Below are positions 1 to 9,712 of a DNA stretch of 64,000 bases, in pieces. Source of the DNA: Pseudomonadota bacterium. Its GTDB lineage: Bacteria > Pseudomonadota > Gammaproteobacteria > Burkholderiales > Burkholderiaceae_D. The position numbers and the translations under genes were made by a program. Within the stretch, counting starts at the first letter, position 1; every line of letters begins with the position of its first letter. The DNA lies in contig JBFLZJ010000023.1 in NCBI GenBank assembly GCA_040755875.1, positions 4,977-68,976 on the forward strand, in the 5' to 3' direction. The notes beneath the pieces are model-generated. The model saw only the letters and a program-made list of their open reading frames with translations. It was not told the DNA's origin and searched no databases.

Positions 1-318
1 GCCGAGTTCCTCGAGCATGCCCAGCAGGAACAGGAGCACGCCGACCGCATCGCCGAGCGCATCGTCCAGCTGAACGGCTCGCCGAACTTCAATCCGGCCA
101 CGCTGACCGCGCGTTCGCACGCGGAGTACGACGATTCCGATGACGTGCAGGCCATGGTGCGCGCCGACCTGATCGCCGAGCGCGTGGCGATCGAGTCCTA
201 CCGCCAGATGATCCAGGTCATCGGCGACAAGGACCCGACCACCCGCCAGATGCTCGTCGAGATCCTCGCCGTCGAGGAAGAGCACGCCGACGACATGCGC
301 GATTTCCTCGTGCCTTGA
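1..318 (+). CDS. Ferritin-like/bacterioferritin-family protein, 5'-truncated by window edge
   Basis: Frame 1 reads AEFLEHAQQEQEHADRIAERIVQL...LIAERVAIESY...EEEHADDMRDFLVP*, with two ExxH-type di-iron motifs. Not in the ORF track because the start is outside the window. Confidence 0.85.
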   Translation, partial: AEFLEHAQQEQEHADRIAERIVQLNGSPNFNPATLTARSHAEYDDSDDVQAMVRADLIAERVAIESYRQMIQVIGDKDPTTRQMLVEILAVEEEHADDMRDFLVP

Positions 319-356
319 ATTCTTCCAACACTACACAACCACAACAGGAGTGCATC

Positions 357-692
357 ATGCTAGACACCACCACCCGCGGCAGCGCCCGTTCGATCGATAG
401 CAGCCTCAACAACGCCAGCGCCGACATGAAGGTCCTGGTCAAGGACGCCCAGGCCCTGCTGACGGCGGCCGCCGCCATGACCGGCGAAAAGGCCGACGAA
501 CTGCGCAGCCGCGGCATGGAGCTGCTGGACCGCGCGATGGGCAAGGCCAGCCAGTACCAGGGTCAAGCCGTCGTCAAGAGCAAGGAACTGGCGCACACGG
601 CCGATGTCTACGTGAAGGACAACCCGTGGCGCACCGTTGCCGCCGCCGCCAGTGTCGGCCTGCTGGTCGGCATTTTCCTGGGTCGTAAATAA
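357..692 (+). CDS. DUF883 / ElaB-YqjD family membrane-anchored protein
   Basis: C-terminal YVKDNPWRTVAAAASVGLLVGIFLGRK signature; AGGAG RBS before ATG 357. Confidence 0.9.
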   Translation: MLDTTTRGSARSIDSSLNNASADMKVLVKDAQALLTAAAAMTGEKADELRSRGMELLDRAMGKASQYQGQAVVKSKELAHTADVYVKDNPWRTVAAAASVGLLVGIFLGRK

Positions 693-710
693 TTTTCGCC
701 GGAGAACGCC

Positions 711-1097
711 ATGGAAAAGACCGAAACCGTCGTGCATGGTCCCGGACTCATGGGCGGCATCTCCGGCCTGGCGAAGAACCTGTTCGGCCTCATCGTGTCG
801 CGTGTGGAACTGGCGGCGCTCGAGTTGTCGGAGGTGCGCAACCACGTGATCGAACTGCTGGCGATCTTCGCCGGAGCAGTGCTCGCCGTCTGGTTCGCAT
901 TGGCCTATGGCACCGCGATGATCGTGGCGCTGGCCTGGGACGCCATGGGCTGGAAGATCCTGCTGGTGCTGTTCCTCGTATTCCTCGTCATCACGGCCGT
1001 GCTCGTGGCCAAGGGACTCGCGATGCTCAAGCAGGGCAAGCTCGCCTTCCCGGAAACGATGAACGAACTGCGTGCAGACCGCGACGCGCTGCTGTAA
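711..1097 (+). CDS. YqjE-like (phage holin superfamily III) membrane protein
   Basis: RVELAALELSE followed by two TM helices; typical position after a DUF883 gene. Confidence 0.8.
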   Translation: MEKTETVVHGPGLMGGISGLAKNLFGLIVSRVELAALELSEVRNHVIELLAIFAGAVLAVWFALAYGTAMIVALAWDAMGWKILLVLFLVFLVITAVLVAKGLAMLKQGKLAFPETMNELRADRDALL

Positions 1098-1118
1098 GCG
1101 CCAACCAGGGGAGGGAAC

Positions 1119-1511
1119 ATGGACAAGCATACACATAGCGACGAACCGACCGGCCTGGCCGGTCACAAGCACAGCCGCGATCCCGCGTTGCGCAAGGCCG
1201 AGCTCCTGCGCGAGGGCGAGTTCTACCGTGCGGGGGTGGCCTACGCACGAGCGCAGGTAAAACACGGCGCGCGGCCCGAAGTCATGTTACATTCTGTATT
1301 CGACCATGCCACATGGGCGTTGCGGACCCGGGCTGATGCTCTACTGAAACCTACGGGCACCAGCGTCTCGGTGATCGCACCCTATGCCTTGGCCGCTTTT
1401 AACTTCGTGCGCCAGCGGCGCATGGGCAAGCAGGCACTGGCAGGCGCGGTATTGCTGGGCGTGGCGGGCTGGTTCATGAACAAGCGGCGTGCTTCGCGCG
1501 AAGTCGCCTGA
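1119..1511 (+). CDS. Hypothetical YqjK-like protein with C-terminal membrane anchor
   Basis: GGAGG RBS; third gene of the DUF883-YqjE operon; C-terminal hydrophobic segment. Confidence 0.65.
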   Translation: MDKHTHSDEPTGLAGHKHSRDPALRKAELLREGEFYRAGVAYARAQVKHGARPEVMLHSVFDHATWALRTRADALLKPTGTSVSVIAPYALAAFNFVRQRRMGKQALAGAVLLGVAGWFMNKRRASREVA

Positions 1512-1623
1512 GCTGTTCGACTGGTCTGTTTCCCGGGCTGTTGCCCGGGTGCCTGGGCGGCGCGACAGCGCCGCTGCACGAAGGCGTCATCCGTGGCGCC
1601 GGCTGAAGAATATGGTGGGGCTT

Positions 1624-1663
1624 GAGCGGCGTCGCAATCGTTGATTGGACGCCGTCTTTTTTT
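1624..1663 (+). terminator. Rho-independent terminator
   Basis: ggcgtc...gacgcc stem followed by a T7 run. Confidence 0.6.
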
Positions 1664-1704
1664 GTGCGGCCGGTGGTGCTTCCGCTGACCTCGGAACGCA
1701 GAGG

Positions 1705-1846
1705 CGTAGGGTGGGCGCCCCTGTGCCCACGCGTGAACCTTGCGCATTGTTGGCGTGCCTCTGGTTGGCGTGCCTCTGGTTGGCGTGCCTCTGTTGCGCT
1801 ATCGCCATGCATGCGTTACGCGTGGGCACGGGGCGCCCACCCTACG
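1705..1846. repeat. GTAG-family REP doublet (REPIN-like) with internal 3x15-bp tandem repeat
   Basis: CGTAGGGTGGGC..GTGCCCACGCGT at 1705-1734 and its inverted copy at 1818-1846; gttggcgtgcctctg x3 at 1749-1793. Confidence 0.85.
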
Positions 1847-1928
1847 GTCCCTAGGTTTGGCAGTGCGCCCATCAGGCAGCATGGGACCTGCGCACATCCT
1901 CGAACGACGCCGTAGAAGACGCCATTGC

Positions 1929-2315
1929 TCAACGCCCCGCGCCCGGCTCCCCGGCGCTGGCCTGCACCGGCGCCTCGCTGCGCAGGGCCGCCATCTCCTG
2001 GCGCCAGGTATCCTGCGCCGCCTTCAGGCAGTCCGCCCTTTCGGCAGCAGGACCCTGCTTGCAGGCATTCTTCGCTTCATCCAGCGCGGCGCCGATTTCC
2101 TTCTGGCGCGTACGCATCCTTTCCTGGCGGGTCGTGTCTTCGCGGTACCAGCGTACCGGATCGCCGCGCGCGATCTCGCGCGCCTGTTTGCTGGCCGCGG
2201 CCGGGGCCACGTTGGCGTCGCTGCTCTGGGCCAGGGCCAGCGGGGCGGCCGCGCCGAGCAGGCCGGCAAGCAGCACGGGACCCAACATCGATCGAACGTT
2301 CATGTGCACCTCCAT
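1929..2315 (-). CDS. Secreted hypothetical protein with one C-X10-C helical-hairpin repeat
   Basis: Signal peptide (LLAGLLGAAAPLALA); CKQGPAAERADC; GGAGG RBS. Confidence 0.7.
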   Translation of the reverse strand: MEVHMNVRSMLGPVLLAGLLGAAAPLALAQSSDANVAPAAASKQAREIARGDPVRWYREDTTRQERMRTRQKEIGAALDEAKNACKQGPAAERADCLKAAQDTWRQEMAALRSEAPVQASAGEPGAGR

Positions 2316-2411
2316 AATGGAAGAGGGCCGGCGCAGGCCGGCCCGTGGGCAGTCGAGGAAGCCGCCGCGGCGCAGGGCGCGCTGGCCGGCCGCGGCGCTC
2401 TTCCCGATTGA

Positions 2412-2876
2412 TCAGTAGCGGTAGACGCGGCCGTCGACCAGGCGCACGCGGTTGCCCACGCGCAGGTCGTAGACGCTGTCCTGGACCACGGTGCGGTATT
2501 CGCCGTTGTCCATGCGCACATTGATCTGGTACATCTCCTGGCCGCCGCCGGCATTGCGGTTGCGTTCGACGTTGTTGCCGATCGCCGCGCCGGCCACGCC
2601 TCCGGCCACGGTGGCCGCCGTGCGGCCGCTGCCGCTGCCGACCTGGTTGCCTGCCAGTGCGCCCACCAGGCCGCCCACGACGGCGCCGGCGCCGCTGGTG
2701 CGGTTCTCGGCCTGGGTCACCTGGATCGACTCGATGGTGCCGTAGCCCATCGACGCGGTGTTGTTGTAGCCGCTGTTGTAGCCATTGTTGCTGTAAGACG
2801 GCGTGTTGCTGGCGCAGCCCGACAGGATCGCGGTGGCCGCGACGACGGCGGCGGCAAGAGTGCGGGTAGTCTTCAT
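2412..2876 (-). CDS. Glycine-zipper 2TM outer-membrane lipoprotein (SlyB-like)
   Basis: Lipobox ILSGC; GAVVGGLVGALAGNQVGSG...GGVAGAAIG glycine zipper; start at MKTTR after an AGGAG RBS. Confidence 0.88.
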   Translation of the reverse strand: MKTTRTLAAAVVAATAILSGCASNTPSYSNNGYNSGYNNTASMGYGTIESIQVTQAENRTSGAGAVVGGLVGALAGNQVGSGSGRTAATVAGGVAGAAIGNNVERNRNAGGGQEMYQINVRMDNGEYRTVVQDSVYDLRVGNRVRLVDGRVYRY

Positions 2877-3067
2877 ATTGTTCTCCTGGCAAAAGGTGTA
2901 GGTCAAGAATAAGGAGGCCAGGGGCGGGGGTCTGTGCGATCACGCACGCTTGTTTGCCTGTTTGATATGTCAAACAATCATCTTCTTGTTGTGTTCGACA
3001 GCGTACAGAAACCCGGCTGTAATCGGCGTAAAACGTTCTTAGCGTGTTGACAAATGGAGCTAAGAAC

Positions 3068-3688
3068 ATGACAACAAGAATGAAAAATGCGCATGCGCTA
3101 CTGATACTCGGTGCGGCCCTGCTGTGGGTCGGCCAGGCCCGCGCCCAGGCCGTGACGACACCGGCGCCGGCAAGCCCGGCCGTCGCCGGCGCGCCGGCCG
3201 CCACCGCCACCGTGCCGGATGCCAAGACTGCCTATGAACGGGCGCGCGACATGGCCAACGCCAACTACAAGACGGCGCGCGCCCGCTGCGACAGCCTCAG
3301 CGGCAACCCGCACGACGTCTGCGAGGCCGAGGCCAAGGCCGAGCGCGTGCGTGCCGAGGAAGAAGCGGGCGCCGCCTACAAGAACACCCTGAAGGCCTAT
3401 ACCCAGGCCCGCATGCGCATCGCCGACGCCAACTATGCGCGCGACAAGGCGCGCTGCGGCGCGCTGGCGGGCAACGACCGCGACGTGTGCCTGAAGCAGG
3501 CCAAGGCGACCCTGGTCGCCGCCCAGGCAGACGCCACCGCGGACCGCAAGACGATCGAAGCGCGCAACAACGCGCGCGAAGACAAACTGACGGCGCAATA
3601 CCGGGTCGCGCTCGAGAAGTGCGACGCGTTTGCCGGCGCGGCGAAGGACCAGTGCGTCCAGGCCGCAAAAACCGCGTACGGCAAGTGA
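3068..3688 (+). CDS. Secreted alanine-rich protein with three C-X10-C repeats
   Basis: Signal peptide ending ARA|QA; CDSLSGNPHDVC, CGALAGNDRDVC, CDAFAGAAKDQC. Confidence 0.75.
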   Translation: MTTRMKNAHALLILGAALLWVGQARAQAVTTPAPASPAVAGAPAATATVPDAKTAYERARDMANANYKTARARCDSLSGNPHDVCEAEAKAERVRAEEEAGAAYKNTLKAYTQARMRIADANYARDKARCGALAGNDRDVCLKQAKATLVAAQADATADRKTIEARNNAREDKLTAQYRVALEKCDAFAGAAKDQCVQAAKTAYGK

Positions 3689-3752
3689 CGTACCGGTCCC
3701 GCTCGCAGTGAGCAACGCTGTAACTTTGACCAACGAAAGAAAGGGATACATC

Positions 3753-4067
3753 ATGAAAATCACCCAACGTCTCGCTACCGCCGTCTTTACCGGCGCCCTC
3801 GCGTTCACCATGGTCGGTTGCGCTTCGGGCCCGCAGCGCGAAAGCGCCGGCGAATACGTCGACGACAGCGTCATCACCGCCAAGGTGAAGGCCGCCTTCG
3901 CTGCCGATCCGACCGTGAAGGCGACCGAGATCAACGTCGAGACCTTCAAGGGCGACGTCCAGCTGTCCGGCTTCGTGGCCCAGCCGAGCGACGCCCAGCG
4001 CGCCGTCGAGGTTGCACGCGGCGTGAAGGGTGTAACATCGGTCAAGAACGACATCCGCGTGAAGTAA
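3753..4067 (+). CDS. BON-domain lipoprotein (OsmY-like)
   Basis: Lipobox MVGC; DDSVITAKVKAAF...INVETFKGDVQLSGFV BON signature. Confidence 0.92.
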   Translation: MKITQRLATAVFTGALAFTMVGCASGPQRESAGEYVDDSVITAKVKAAFAADPTVKATEINVETFKGDVQLSGFVAQPSDAQRAVEVARGVKGVTSVKNDIRVK

Positions 4068-4116
4068 TTCCCGCCGCCGGGGCGGCGCGGACCGGCAAAC
4101 TCATTTCGGCAAACAC

Positions 4117-5361
4117 ATGCAACTCGCCAGTCCTGGCTCGGCTCCAGCCGAGCCGAACAACTCCGCCGCCCCCGAGGCAACTCCGGCAATCACGGCCGAG
4201 GCCGTGAAGCCGGAATCCGTCGTCGGCACGTCCGACGACCTCGCTCTCCACGCCGGAGGCCTGCGCCTCCCCATCCATGTGAACGCCCGCGGCCTGTCGC
4301 TGGGCATCCTGGCCACCGTGGCCTTCGTCTTCGCGCTGCAATGGGCGCAAAAATTCTTCGTGCCGCTCCTGCTCGGCATCTTCATCGCCTATACCCTGAG
4401 CCCGATCGTGCGCTGGCTCGAGCGCGTGCATATCCCGCGCCTGATCGGCGCCACCATCGTCACCGCCGCGCTGCTGGGCGGCATGGGCGCGACCATGTTC
4501 CGCCTGCAGGACGAATTCTTCAACATCCTCGACGAGCTGCCGACCCTGACCCAGAAGGTCAGCAAGCTGGTCGCCAGCGCCGCCGGCGGCGAGGGCTCGA
4601 CCATCCAGCGCGTGCAGAAGGCCGCCGCCGAGCTCGAGCAGGCGACCGCCAATGTCGGCGCCAATCCGCGCCTGGTCCAGCGCCGTCCCACGATGGCCCA
4701 GCAGTCGTCGAGTTTCCGGATCACCGACTGGCTGCTGGCCGGTTCGGTCGGGCTCGCTTCCTTCATCACCCAGGCCACCATGGTGGTGTTCCTGGTGTTC
4801 TTCCTGCTGCTGGCCGGCGACACCTTCAAGCGCAAGCTGGTCAAGCTGACCGGCCCCTCGCTGACGCGCAAGAAGGTGACGGTGCACATCCTGGACGACA
4901 TCAACACCTCGATCCAGAACTACATGTTCATGCTGCTGGTCACGAACATCCTGCTGGCCCTGCTGATGTGGGTGGCGCTGCGCGCAATCGGCCTGAACAA
5001 TGCCGGCGCCTGGGCGATCTTCGCCGGCGTGGCCCACATCATGCCTTACTTCGGCCCCTTGCTGATCACCTCGGCCACCGGCCTGGTGGCCTTCATGCAG
5101 TTCGAGTCGCTGCGCATGGTCATCCTGGTGGCCGGGGCCTCGATGGGCATCGCCACCCTGGTCGGCATGGTCGTCACCACCTGGATGACCGGCAAGATCG
5201 CGAAGATGAACCCGGCCGCCGTGTTCGTCAGCCTGCTGTTCTGGGGCTGGCTGTGGGGGATGTGGGGTTTGCTGCTCGGCGTGCCCGTGGTGGTGGTGCT
5301 GAAGGTGGTCGCCGAGCGGGTCGAGGGAATGGAAGCGCTGGCCGAGCTGCTGGGAGAATAG
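4117..5361 (+). CDS. AI-2E family transporter
   Basis: Multi-TM protein; HIMPYFGP and MNPAAVFVSLLFWGWLWGMWGLLLGVP motifs. Confidence 0.9.
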   Translation: MQLASPGSAPAEPNNSAAPEATPAITAEAVKPESVVGTSDDLALHAGGLRLPIHVNARGLSLGILATVAFVFALQWAQKFFVPLLLGIFIAYTLSPIVRWLERVHIPRLIGATIVTAALLGGMGATMFRLQDEFFNILDELPTLTQKVSKLVASAAGGEGSTIQRVQKAAAELEQATANVGANPRLVQRRPTMAQQSSSFRITDWLLAGSVGLASFITQATMVVFLVFFLLLAGDTFKRKLVKLTGPSLTRKKVTVHILDDINTSIQNYMFMLLVTNILLALLMWVALRAIGLNNAGAWAIFAGVAHIMPYFGPLLITSATGLVAFMQFESLRMVILVAGASMGIATLVGMVVTTWMTGKIAKMNPAAVFVSLLFWGWLWGMWGLLLGVPVVVVLKVVAERVEGMEALAELLGE

Positions 5362-5388
5362 CAGCCGGCCAGGCCGCAAGTCAGTTTC

Positions 5389-6303
5389 CTAGGCCATGCG
5401 CTTGACGTTCTTGGCGCCGGTCTCGTGGTCCGGCTTGTGGCGCAGGCTGCCCAGTTGCAGCGCGTACTGGCGGGCGAATTCCGCGCCGAGGAAGAAGATC
5501 TGGGCCGAGTAATACACCCAGAGCAGCAGGGCGATCAGCGAGCCCGCCGCGCCGAAGCTGTTGGCCGCGCCGCTGTTGCCGATGTACAGGCCGATGCCGA
5601 ATTTCCCCAGCGTGAACATGGCCGCGGTGCCGAGGGCGCCGATGGTCACGTCGTGCCAGGACAGCTTGATGCGCGGCAGCAGCTTGTAGATCACGCCGAA
5701 CAGGGTGGCGATGACGAGGAAGCTGATGCACGAGGAAATCCAGCCGACGATGATCGACGCCTCCTTGTACATGCCGCCGAAGTAGTTCTCGACCACGGCC
5801 ATCGCCGCGCTCACCACCAGCGACACCATCAGCAGGAAACCCAGCACCAGGATCAGGCCGAAGGAGAGCAGGCGCGTGCGCACCGTGTCCCACCAGCTCG
5901 CGTCCTTCGGCGGCGGCACGTCCCAGATCTCGTCCAGGCTGTCCTTCAGTTCGGCGAACACGCTGGTGGCGCCGACCAGCAGCAGGACGGTGGCGATGAT
6001 GGTGGCCAGGCGTCCGGATTCCTTGTTCTGGGCGCCGGCCAGCACGGACTGGATGGTGTCGGCGCCCTGGGCGCCCACGAGGCCGCGCAATTCGTTGAAC
6101 AGCTGGCCCCGGGCCGCATCGGCGCCATAGAAGAAGCCGGCGATCGCGATGACCAGCACCAGGATGGGGGCGAGCGAGAACAGGGTGTAGAAGGCCAGGG
6201 CCGCCCCCTTGCTGGCGGCGCGGTGCTCCAGCCATTCGCTGACCGCGCATTTCATCACATGGATGATCTGGCGTGAGAATGGAAACCATTGTTTTACAGC
6301 CAT
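5389..6303 (-). CDS. YihY / virulence factor BrkB family membrane protein
   Basis: GAALAFYTLFSLAP and FGAAGSLIALLLWVYYSAQIFFLGAEF motifs; the true start may be somewhat downstream. Confidence 0.92.
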   Translation of the reverse strand: MAVKQWFPFSRQIIHVMKCAVSEWLEHRAASKGAALAFYTLFSLAPILVLVIAIAGFFYGADAARGQLFNELRGLVGAQGADTIQSVLAGAQNKESGRLATIIATVLLLVGATSVFAELKDSLDEIWDVPPPKDASWWDTVRTRLLSFGLILVLGFLLMVSLVVSAAMAVVENYFGGMYKEASIIVGWISSCISFLVIATLFGVIYKLLPRIKLSWHDVTIGALGTAAMFTLGKFGIGLYIGNSGAANSFGAAGSLIALLLWVYYSAQIFFLGAEFARQYALQLGSLRHKPDHETGAKNVKRMA

Positions 6304-6570
6304 ACCGGATCCTCCAGAAAAGAGAAAGGGGCGCGAGGCCCCTTAAGGAAGCACTGATGTATTCTGGCGGATGGGATTGGCCATGGAAAAAAGCGGCCGG
6401 CAAGGCGCAAACCGCAGCCATACCGCGTGGTATGGCGAGGATGTGCAACGCAGCAGGACGGTTTTTCTCCAGGCCAAGACCGCCGTCATGAATAACTCAG
6501 CGCTTCCTTCGATGTGTACGGCCAGCGGAGGCCCGGTGGAACAGGCCCTTGCCCCGCCGGCCGGGTCACA

Positions 6571-7611
6571 TTACTGCACGCGCTTTTCGATCGTGATCTG
6601 CTCGACTTCGACGCGGCGGTTCGGCTCCAGGCACTTGATCAGCTCGGAACGCTTCTTCTGGTCGCACTGGACGACAGGGTTTTCCTCGCCCTTGCCGACG
6701 GCGTTCAGGCGGCTGCCGTCGATGCCCTTGCTGACCAGGTAGTCACGCACGGCGTTGGCGCGGCGCTCCGACAGCTTCTGGTTGTACTTTTCCGAACCCA
6801 GGCGGTCGGTGTAGCCGGTGATGTCGACGTTGGTGATGCTGGTGTCGGCCTGCAGGGCGGCGGCGATCTCGTCCAGGCGGGTCTGCGGCATGCGCAGCTC
6901 GGCCTTGTCGAACTCGAACAGCTCGGTTGCCGACAGCGTGACCTTCTCGAAACGGGCCGGCGGTGGCGGCGGCGGAGCGACCGGGGCCGGAGCCGGGGCC
7001 GGGGCTTCGGCGATCGGAGCCGGAGCCGGCGCCGGTGGGGCTGGCGGCGGGTTGAAGGCGTAGTTCAGGCCGACGGTGACGTACTTGTTGTTGCTCTGCT
7101 TGAAGCCATACAGTTCGTCGTCACGCAGGAAGCCGCGCACCGAGCGGATGTCGGCCTGCAGGTTCCACTGCGGGGTCAGGTCGACCTGGAAGCCGACGCC
7201 CATGGTGGCGTACGGCGAGTTCTTGCTGACGCGACGCAGCGGGTTGTCAACCTTGTCGCGCTCGGCGCCGACGCCGAACAGGACGAATGGGCGGAATCGT
7301 TCGCGCGACAGCATCAGCAGCGCATCGACGCCAAGCAGGGTCTGGCGATAGCGCGCAGCGCCGTCTTCGGTGCGGGCGTGGGTGGCGCCAACCTGGATGT
7401 CCCAGTACTGGTGCACCGCCTTACCGAACTTCAGGCCGCCGCCCCAGTCCTTGTCGTCCACGCCGAAGTCGGCGTCGGGCTTGATGCCGACGACGCTGGG
7501 CTGGATGTACCAGGACGGGTTGACGATCGGGGTTGCCGCATCTTGGGCCAGCGAGGAGCCGGCGGCGCAGAGCATGGCGACGGCCAGGGCGATCTTCTTC
7601 GAATTATTCAC
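6571..7611 (-). CDS. ompA: OmpA family outer-membrane protein
   Basis: Signal peptide, beta-barrel, Pro-Ala linker, and C-terminal OmpA domain (GYTDRLGSEKYNQKLSERRA, NRRVE); GTG start inferred. Confidence 0.92.
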   Translation of the reverse strand: MNNSKKIALAVAMLCAAGSSLAQDAATPIVNPSWYIQPSVVGIKPDADFGVDDKDWGGGLKFGKAVHQYWDIQVGATHARTEDGAARYRQTLLGVDALLMLSRERFRPFVLFGVGAERDKVDNPLRRVSKNSPYATMGVGFQVDLTPQWNLQADIRSVRGFLRDDELYGFKQSNNKYVTVGLNYAFNPPPAPPAPAPAPIAEAPAPAPAPVAPPPPPPARFEKVTLSATELFEFDKAELRMPQTRLDEIAAALQADTSITNVDITGYTDRLGSEKYNQKLSERRANAVRDYLVSKGIDGSRLNAVGKGEENPVVQCDQKKRSELIKCLEPNRRVEVEQITIEKRVQ

Positions 7612-8074
7612 AGGAAACTCCCATAAGTTGAAAAGGTAGGGTGACATCGCGTGCCTTGACAGTGATGTTGGAGTGAAGATTACGAGGCCGAGTTCCAAAG
7701 GGTCCGTGCGCTAGCGCACCTATAGGAACTGCTGAGTGACAAAACCGCAACATTGCCATCCTGTTCAAACCGCTCCTCTATATAGAGGGAAGGGCCTTGG
7801 GGGAGAATTGGAGGAATGTTTCTAATTTTCCACATTTCCGTGGTATTTCCACAACAACAGCCTGCCTGGGCCGTATTCCTTGATTTTTTGCAGAGAAGAA
7901 ATTGCCGAAATGCCTGCTGGAATTTTGCCAATGTGGGCTGGCGCACAGACCGGCCGGGCTGACGCAGGCAATCTTGAGGCCAGTTAAGCGGAACCCGAGG
8001 TGTTGTCAGGGTGTCAGACGACACACAGCGACCCGGACCACACAGTCTCTCTCTATCTAACGGAGTACACCAAC

Positions 8075-8689
8075 ATGCATGCAACGACTCATCACAACGC
8101 GGTGCAAGGCGACCACGGCGCAGTGCACACTTCCAGCAACTCAGCGCTGATCGAACGCGTGCCGCCCCAACCGACCGAACGTGCGCCGATCTCGCTGGCG
8201 CCGATCGAGCGTGTGCGGTCGACCTCAGCCACCCAGCGTCGGATCGAGAACATGCAGAAGCTGATCAACGAACTGTCGACCCACGAGATGCTCGCCGACG
8301 AGATCGCATGGTTCCTCAAGTTCTCGCCGTCGGGCGCACGCAAGTACATCCGCGACCTGCGCGAAGCCGGCGTCATCGAACTGGCCCGCTACATCGAAGG
8401 CACCGCCACCTACCTGGGCAAGGCCGTCTACCAGATCTGCCCGGACCAGGAGCGCGTGAAGGCCTTCCTGGCCGCGATCTGCCAGCCGAAGCGCGAAGGC
8501 GCCGCCCCGCGCAAGGAGCGTCCGGGCCTGCGCGAGCAGAGCATGGCCGGCAGCGGCCGCCACTTCCACATCCTGGCCGACGACACCCACTACGCGATCC
8601 GCGTGAACCGCAGCCCGGTCACCCGCGATCCGCTGGTCGCCGCGCTGTTCGGCCCGGCGCCGAACCAGGTCGCCAAAGAGCGCACCTGA
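8075..8689 (+). CDS. Winged helix-turn-helix domain hypothetical protein
   Basis: EMLADEIAWFLKFSPSGARKYIRDLREAGVI resembles an HTH plus wing; GGAG RBS. Confidence 0.7.
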   Translation: MHATTHHNAVQGDHGAVHTSSNSALIERVPPQPTERAPISLAPIERVRSTSATQRRIENMQKLINELSTHEMLADEIAWFLKFSPSGARKYIRDLREAGVIELARYIEGTATYLGKAVYQICPDQERVKAFLAAICQPKREGAAPRKERPGLREQSMAGSGRHFHILADDTHYAIRVNRSPVTRDPLVAALFGPAPNQVAKERT

Positions 8690-8760
8690 GAGTCCTGCCG
8701 GAAGGGCATTGCGGCGGAGACCCGCGGCGCCCTTCCTGATCCGACGATCGCTGTCGTCAC

Positions 8761-8789
8761 GCAAACGCCGCGCACCGCGCGGCGTTTGC
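8761..8789 (+). terminator. 13-bp perfect hairpin downstream of the wHTH gene, probable terminator
   Basis: gcaaacgccgcgc-acc-gcgcggcgtttgc; the U-tract is weak. Confidence 0.5.
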
Positions 8790-8919
8790 CGTTTACCTGC
8801 CACCCGTACTTCCACCCTGCACGGCGCCGGCTTCCTCCACCGTTGAAATCCCGTCAACAGGCCCCAAGTTCGGCGGGTGCGGCGCTCTGCCGCGTCCCGC
8901 TAACGGAAAAGGAAACCCC

Positions 8920-9678
8920 ATGCTGCCAAGTGCCGAATCCCTGGAAGGCAAGCCAGTACCGAGTGTCACCTTCAAGACCCGTCCCGACGACCAGTGGCGG
9001 GACCTGACGAGCGAGGAGCTGTTCAAGGGCAAGACTATCGTCGTGTTCGCGCTGCCCGGCGCCTATACGCCCACCTGTTCCTCGACCCACCTGCCGCGCT
9101 TCAACGAACTGGCGGCCGTGCTGCGCGATAATGGCGTCGACGAGATCGTCTGCGTCTCGGTCAACGACGCCTTCGTCATGAACGAGTGGAAGCGCGGCCA
9201 GGATGCCGACGCCATCACCTTCATCCCCGACGGCAACGCCGACTTCACACGAGGGATGGGCATGCTGGTCGACAAGCGCGAGCTCGGTTTCGGCCAGCGT
9301 TCCTGGCGCTATTCGATGCTGGTGCGCGACGGCATCATCGAGAAGATGTTCATCGAGGCCGAGGGCGAAGACGACGACCCCTTCGAGGTCTCCGACGCCG
9401 ACACCATGCTCAGGCACATCAATCCCGAGGCCGAGGCGCCCGAGCCCATCGTGATGTTCTCGCGTCCCGGCTGCCCGTTCTGCGCGCGCGCCAAGGCCGC
9501 CCTGGCCAGGCATCGCCTGCGCTACACTGACATTTCCCAGAGCCAGAAGATCAATACCAGCGTGCTGCGCGCCGTCAGCGGGCGCATGACCTGGCCCCAG
9601 GTCTTCATTGGCGGCCAGTTGATCGGCGGCGCCGACGAGCTCGAATCGCACCTGGCCGAGCGCACGGCGGCCGCGTGA
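8920..9678 (+). CDS. Hybrid peroxiredoxin (Prx5)-glutaredoxin (PGdx-like)
   Basis: LPGAYTPTCSSTHLP peroxidatic motif plus a C-terminal Grx domain (CPFC, PQVFIGG). Confidence 0.93.
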   Translation: MLPSAESLEGKPVPSVTFKTRPDDQWRDLTSEELFKGKTIVVFALPGAYTPTCSSTHLPRFNELAAVLRDNGVDEIVCVSVNDAFVMNEWKRGQDADAITFIPDGNADFTRGMGMLVDKRELGFGQRSWRYSMLVRDGIIEKMFIEAEGEDDDPFEVSDADTMLRHINPEAEAPEPIVMFSRPGCPFCARAKAALARHRLRYTDISQSQKINTSVLRAVSGRMTWPQVFIGGQLIGGADELESHLAERTAAA

Positions 9679-9712
9679 ACGCAGTTCTGTTTTTTTCGAA
9701 AGAGGCGGGACC

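Noticed and set aside
711-1097. Prophage signal from the 'phage holin family' protein
   Set aside because: YqjE-like proteins are chromosomal partners of DUF883; no phage genes are nearby.
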